Shown in pieces: positions 25,875 through 28,175 of a DNA stretch of 28,175 nt; within the stretch, counting starts at the first letter, position 1; each line of letters opens with the position of its first letter. The DNA is from a virus (lineage: Duplodnaviria > Caudoviricetes): the IMG/VR virus record IMGVR_UViG_3300017910_000554, positions 1 through 28,175 of that record. The stretch is one strand, 5' to 3'. The notes under the pieces are model-generated. The model worked only from the letters and a program-made list of their open reading frames with translations, did not search any database and was not told where the DNA came from. Both the position numbers and the translations under genes were made by a program.

Positions 25875-26142
25875 AAAATTGTTTTCTGACTTTTGGGGAT
25901 ATTGTGAAAGCGATATCCCTATATGTTGGGGTTGTCATAAAGAGCAAGCAGTAGATATACATCACCTAACTCAAAAAGGCATGGGTGGTGTAAAAAATAA
26001 CAGATTAAATAGAATTGATAATCTTTTTCCAGTTTGTAGGTCTTGTCATACGATTGCACATAGAAATAAATCTATAAATGAAAAATGGAAAAATGTTTTA
26101 AAAGAAAAAATGATTTTAAAAGAGGGTGGGTATGATTGGTAA
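25852..26142 (+). CDS. HNH endonuclease (zinc-binding)
   Basis: CWGC...DIHH...N...NL..VCRSCH. Likely ATG at 25852. Confidence 0.8.
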   Translation: MKTLKNYKKLFSDFWGYCESDIPICWGCHKEQAVDIHHLTQKGMGGVKNNRLNRIDNLFPVCRSCHTIAHRNKSINEKWKNVLKEKMILKEGGYDW

Positions 26143-26419
26143 AGAATTGATGGATAAAGCGTTAGCAGTAGTCAATGCTAGAGGAAAGAATTATGGGGAC
26201 ATTAAAGAAAACCATAATTTATGTGCAGTTGGCATTAATGCAATAACTGAATATGCGATTAAAGAACATGGCAAAGTTTTGGATTATCATTTTGCTCTTA
26301 TAATGCTTTGGGTTAAAATTGTAAGATTATTAACAAATCCTAAGCATTTAGATAGTTGGGTTGATTTAATTGGTTATGCCATTACTGGTTATGAAAATAT
26401 AAAGGGGAGTAAAAAATGA
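26132..26419 (+). CDS. DUF6378-like all-helical nucleotide pyrophosphohydrolase-like protein
   Basis: RGKNYGD...KIVR...DSWVDLIGYA motif. Confidence 0.7.
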   Translation: MIGKELMDKALAVVNARGKNYGDIKENHNLCAVGINAITEYAIKEHGKVLDYHFALIMLWVKIVRLLTNPKHLDSWVDLIGYAITGYENIKGSKK

Positions 26420-26769
26420 CTGATATTTATTCCTTACAATTTGACCCACAAGCCATATCAATAAAGCAAGAAGAATTAGGTTTGCATTTTGCTGATTTAG
26501 ATACTGCTGTTGATTTAATGAAAAAAGAAGAAAAAATGATAGTTGCTGAATTAACTATTTACTATACGAGAAAAGGCGGATACAAGAATATGACAGAATT
26601 AAATGGTTATATTAATTCTGATAACAAGATTAAGGATTTTGCCATTAGATATGAAAAAGTCCTTAAAGAAAGAAATCGTTCTAAAATTAGATACGATACT
26701 TTCAAATCTTTCAGCGATAATTTGAGAACAAAAATGGTCAATGAAAGAGAATTAGCAAAAAACTTATAA
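26416..26769 (+). CDS. Coiled-coil protein (possibly a UvsY-like mediator)
   Basis: 117 aa all-helical hairpin pattern ending LRTKMVNER. GGGGAG RBS. Confidence 0.55.
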   Translation: MTDIYSLQFDPQAISIKQEELGLHFADLDTAVDLMKKEEKMIVAELTIYYTRKGGYKNMTELNGYINSDNKIKDFAIRYEKVLKERNRSKIRYDTFKSFSDNLRTKMVNERELAKNL

Positions 26770-26783
26770 CAGAGGAGTTAATT

Positions 26784-27005
26784 ATGAGTAATAAAACAAC
26801 ACAAAATAAAGAAATTTTAAAATGGCTTGAATCTGGCAAATCTATTACAGGATTAGAAGCAATAGAACGATTTGGTTGTTATCGATTAAGTGCAAGAATT
26901 TTTAATTTAAGAGAAAATGGTTATCAAATTGTTACCAAAAACATAACTAAAAATGGCAAAACTTTTGCTGAGTATTCTTTGGCTAATCCATATTTTACCA
27001 TTTAA
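26784..27005 (+). CDS. Winged helix-turn-helix DNA-binding protein (HTH_39-like)
   Basis: Q...IL..L..G..IT..EA...FGC.RLSARI..LR..GY.I motif. Confidence 0.8.
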   Translation: MSNKTTQNKEILKWLESGKSITGLEAIERFGCYRLSARIFNLRENGYQIVTKNITKNGKTFAEYSLANPYFTI

Positions 27006-27007
27006 TA

Positions 27008-27796
27008 ATGATTGAACATTTTAAGAAGTTCGATAGTGATAGTAAGAAAAATCTACTGCCATTATCTTTTAGTCAATTATCTGAATTTGCTTTTAATCGG
27101 GAGCGGTGGGCTTTAAGGCGTATATTTGGTTATGAGTTTCCTACATCTGCCGCTATGGAAAGAGGAAAAGCAGTGGAATCAGGTTTAAATATGTTTCTTA
27201 ATGGTCTTGATAAAGATGAATCAATTAAAAAAATGATTAACGAATATGAAGCCAATTGTGCTAATATTCAAGATGCTAAATATTTAGAAGAAAAAGAAAA
27301 TTTAACACCTTTGTTTCATTTAGGTGCGGAAAAGTTAATTGATTTTGCTTTTAAATGGAATCTTATTAGTTTTCAAAATAAAATTGAATTAGATATTGAG
27401 GGTGTGCCATTTGTAGGTTTTACTGATTTTCAATTTGAAGATAAAAAAACAAAAGAAACTTTTTTTATAGATTTAAAAACCAGTTTAAGAAAACCAAGCG
27501 GTGTTTCAATGGCTCATGCTATGCAACAATCTATTTATAACAAAGGGACTAATGCCGAACAAAAATTATGGTATTTGATAGCAAAAAAATCTGGCACAGA
27601 ATTTTATGAGTTTCCTATTTATAATTATGACTACCCTATGAAAATATGTAAGCACATTATTAATGTTATGATTAACTTTTTAGAAAAGGTAAATTCTAAA
27701 GAAGATGTGAAAAATTGTTTAATACCAAACCCTGATGATTGGATTTGGCGAGAAGAAGCAGTTATAAAGGCACGAAAAGAGGTTTGGGGGTATTAA
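27008..27796 (+). CDS. PD-(D/E)XK exonuclease (RecB/Cas4/RecE-like)
   Basis: LSFSQL, AMERGKAVE, GFTDF, IDLKTS and QQSIY motifs. Confidence 0.8.
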   Translation: MIEHFKKFDSDSKKNLLPLSFSQLSEFAFNRERWALRRIFGYEFPTSAAMERGKAVESGLNMFLNGLDKDESIKKMINEYEANCANIQDAKYLEEKENLTPLFHLGAEKLIDFAFKWNLISFQNKIELDIEGVPFVGFTDFQFEDKKTKETFFIDLKTSLRKPSGVSMAHAMQQSIYNKGTNAEQKLWYLIAKKSGTEFYEFPIYNYDYPMKICKHIINVMINFLEKVNSKEDVKNCLIPNPDDWIWREEAVIKARKEVWGY

Positions 27797-27928
27797 CTAC
27801 CCCTTGACCTTTAAAAGTCGCTGAGGGGCTTTAAAACTACGTTTAAAGCGGTTTTTGTTTTTTCTTTTCCTCATAGATCTTTTATTAATCATTACAGCCA
27901 AAGTCGTTGTCGTTGTGAAACCACTCAT
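27797..27928 (-). CDS. Basic microprotein (43 aa, not in ORF track)
   Basis: MSGFTTTTTLAVMINKRSMRKRKNKNRFKRSFKAPQRLLKVKG*. ATGA overlap upstream. Its stop abuts the exonuclease stop. Confidence 0.6.
   Translation of the reverse strand: MSGFTTTTTLAVMINKRSMRKRKNKNRFKRSFKAPQRLLKVKG
27828..27868 (+). terminator. Putative terminator of the plus-strand early operon
   Basis: GCTTTAAA-ACTACG-TTTAAAGC hairpin followed by GGTTTTTGTTTTTTCTTTT. Confidence 0.5.
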
Positions 27929-28107
27929 TTTCCGACTTTCCGCATTGCTCGAACATGGGCTTGATCAAATGTTCTGCCTTTTTCCAAATCTTCCGCCATT
28001 TGTTTCATATGTTTAAGGCTATGATGTCTAGCATGACGATTCATTGTTTTACGTTGTCTTGATGTAAGATTTTTTGTAAATCTTTTAATCGAAGCTACTT
28101 TGACCAA
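27925..28107 (-). CDS. Basic His/Arg-rich small protein
   Basis: 60 aa, TTG start directly after the upstream stop. RHARHHSLKHM...G.TF..AH..AM motif. Confidence 0.7.
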   Translation of the reverse strand: MVKVASIKRFTKNLTSRQRKTMNRHARHHSLKHMKQMAEDLEKGRTFDQAHVRAMRKVGK

Positions 28108-28175
28108 TTATTTTTTCTTTCGCATTTTCATTTTATTTTTTTTCTTCTTACCTTTTTTTTTCATTCCTTTAGAAT
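28108..28175 (-). CDS. Protamine-like peptide, probably 5'-truncated by the window edge
   Basis: ...SKGMKKKGKKKKNKMKMRKKK*. 14 of 21 visible residues are K/R. Its stop abuts the next start. Confidence 0.55.
   Translation of the reverse strand, partial: SKGMKKKGKKKKNKMKMRKKK

Noticed and set aside
27008-27796. Cas4-like nuclease suggesting a CRISPR link
   Set aside because: No Fe-S cysteine cluster, and no repeat-spacer array seen anywhere in the window.

Overview
This window is most of a compact, AT-rich (about 30% GC by eye) lambdoid-type siphovirus genome. Protein style and low GC suggest a marine phage, possibly of an alphaproteobacterium (inference only). The minus strand from about 23.9 kb to 1 carries, in order: VRR-NUC nuclease, DUF1376/YdaU replication initiator, ParB-methyltransferase, terS, HNH, terL, portal, small basic proteins, minor capsid, scaffold, major capsid, neck/tail genes (with a -1 frameshift chaperone), tape measure, Dit, hub, GNAT, J-like tail tip, tail fibres, membrane/lysis genes, and a lysozyme cut at the left edge. 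A short plus-strand early operon (24.0-27.8 kb) encodes a lipoprotein, OB-fold protein, HNH, DUF6378, HTH and PD-(D/E)XK exonuclease. No integrase, CI repressor, polymerase or helicase is recognisable. Highlights: (1) a candidate ~90-nt small RNA, with its own promoter and terminator, whose hairpin loop is an extended anti-Shine-Dalgarno complementary to the RBS of the initiator and several early genes; (2) two matching palindromic operators whose half-site recurs as iteron-like repeats inside the initiator gene; (3) a promoter-driven, three-hairpin RNA leader in front of the lysis genes; (4) a GNAT gene in place of lambda K/I, coupled to a tail-tip protein that starts Met-Cys; (5) several unannotated microproteins. 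Family names come from motif recognition, not database searches.
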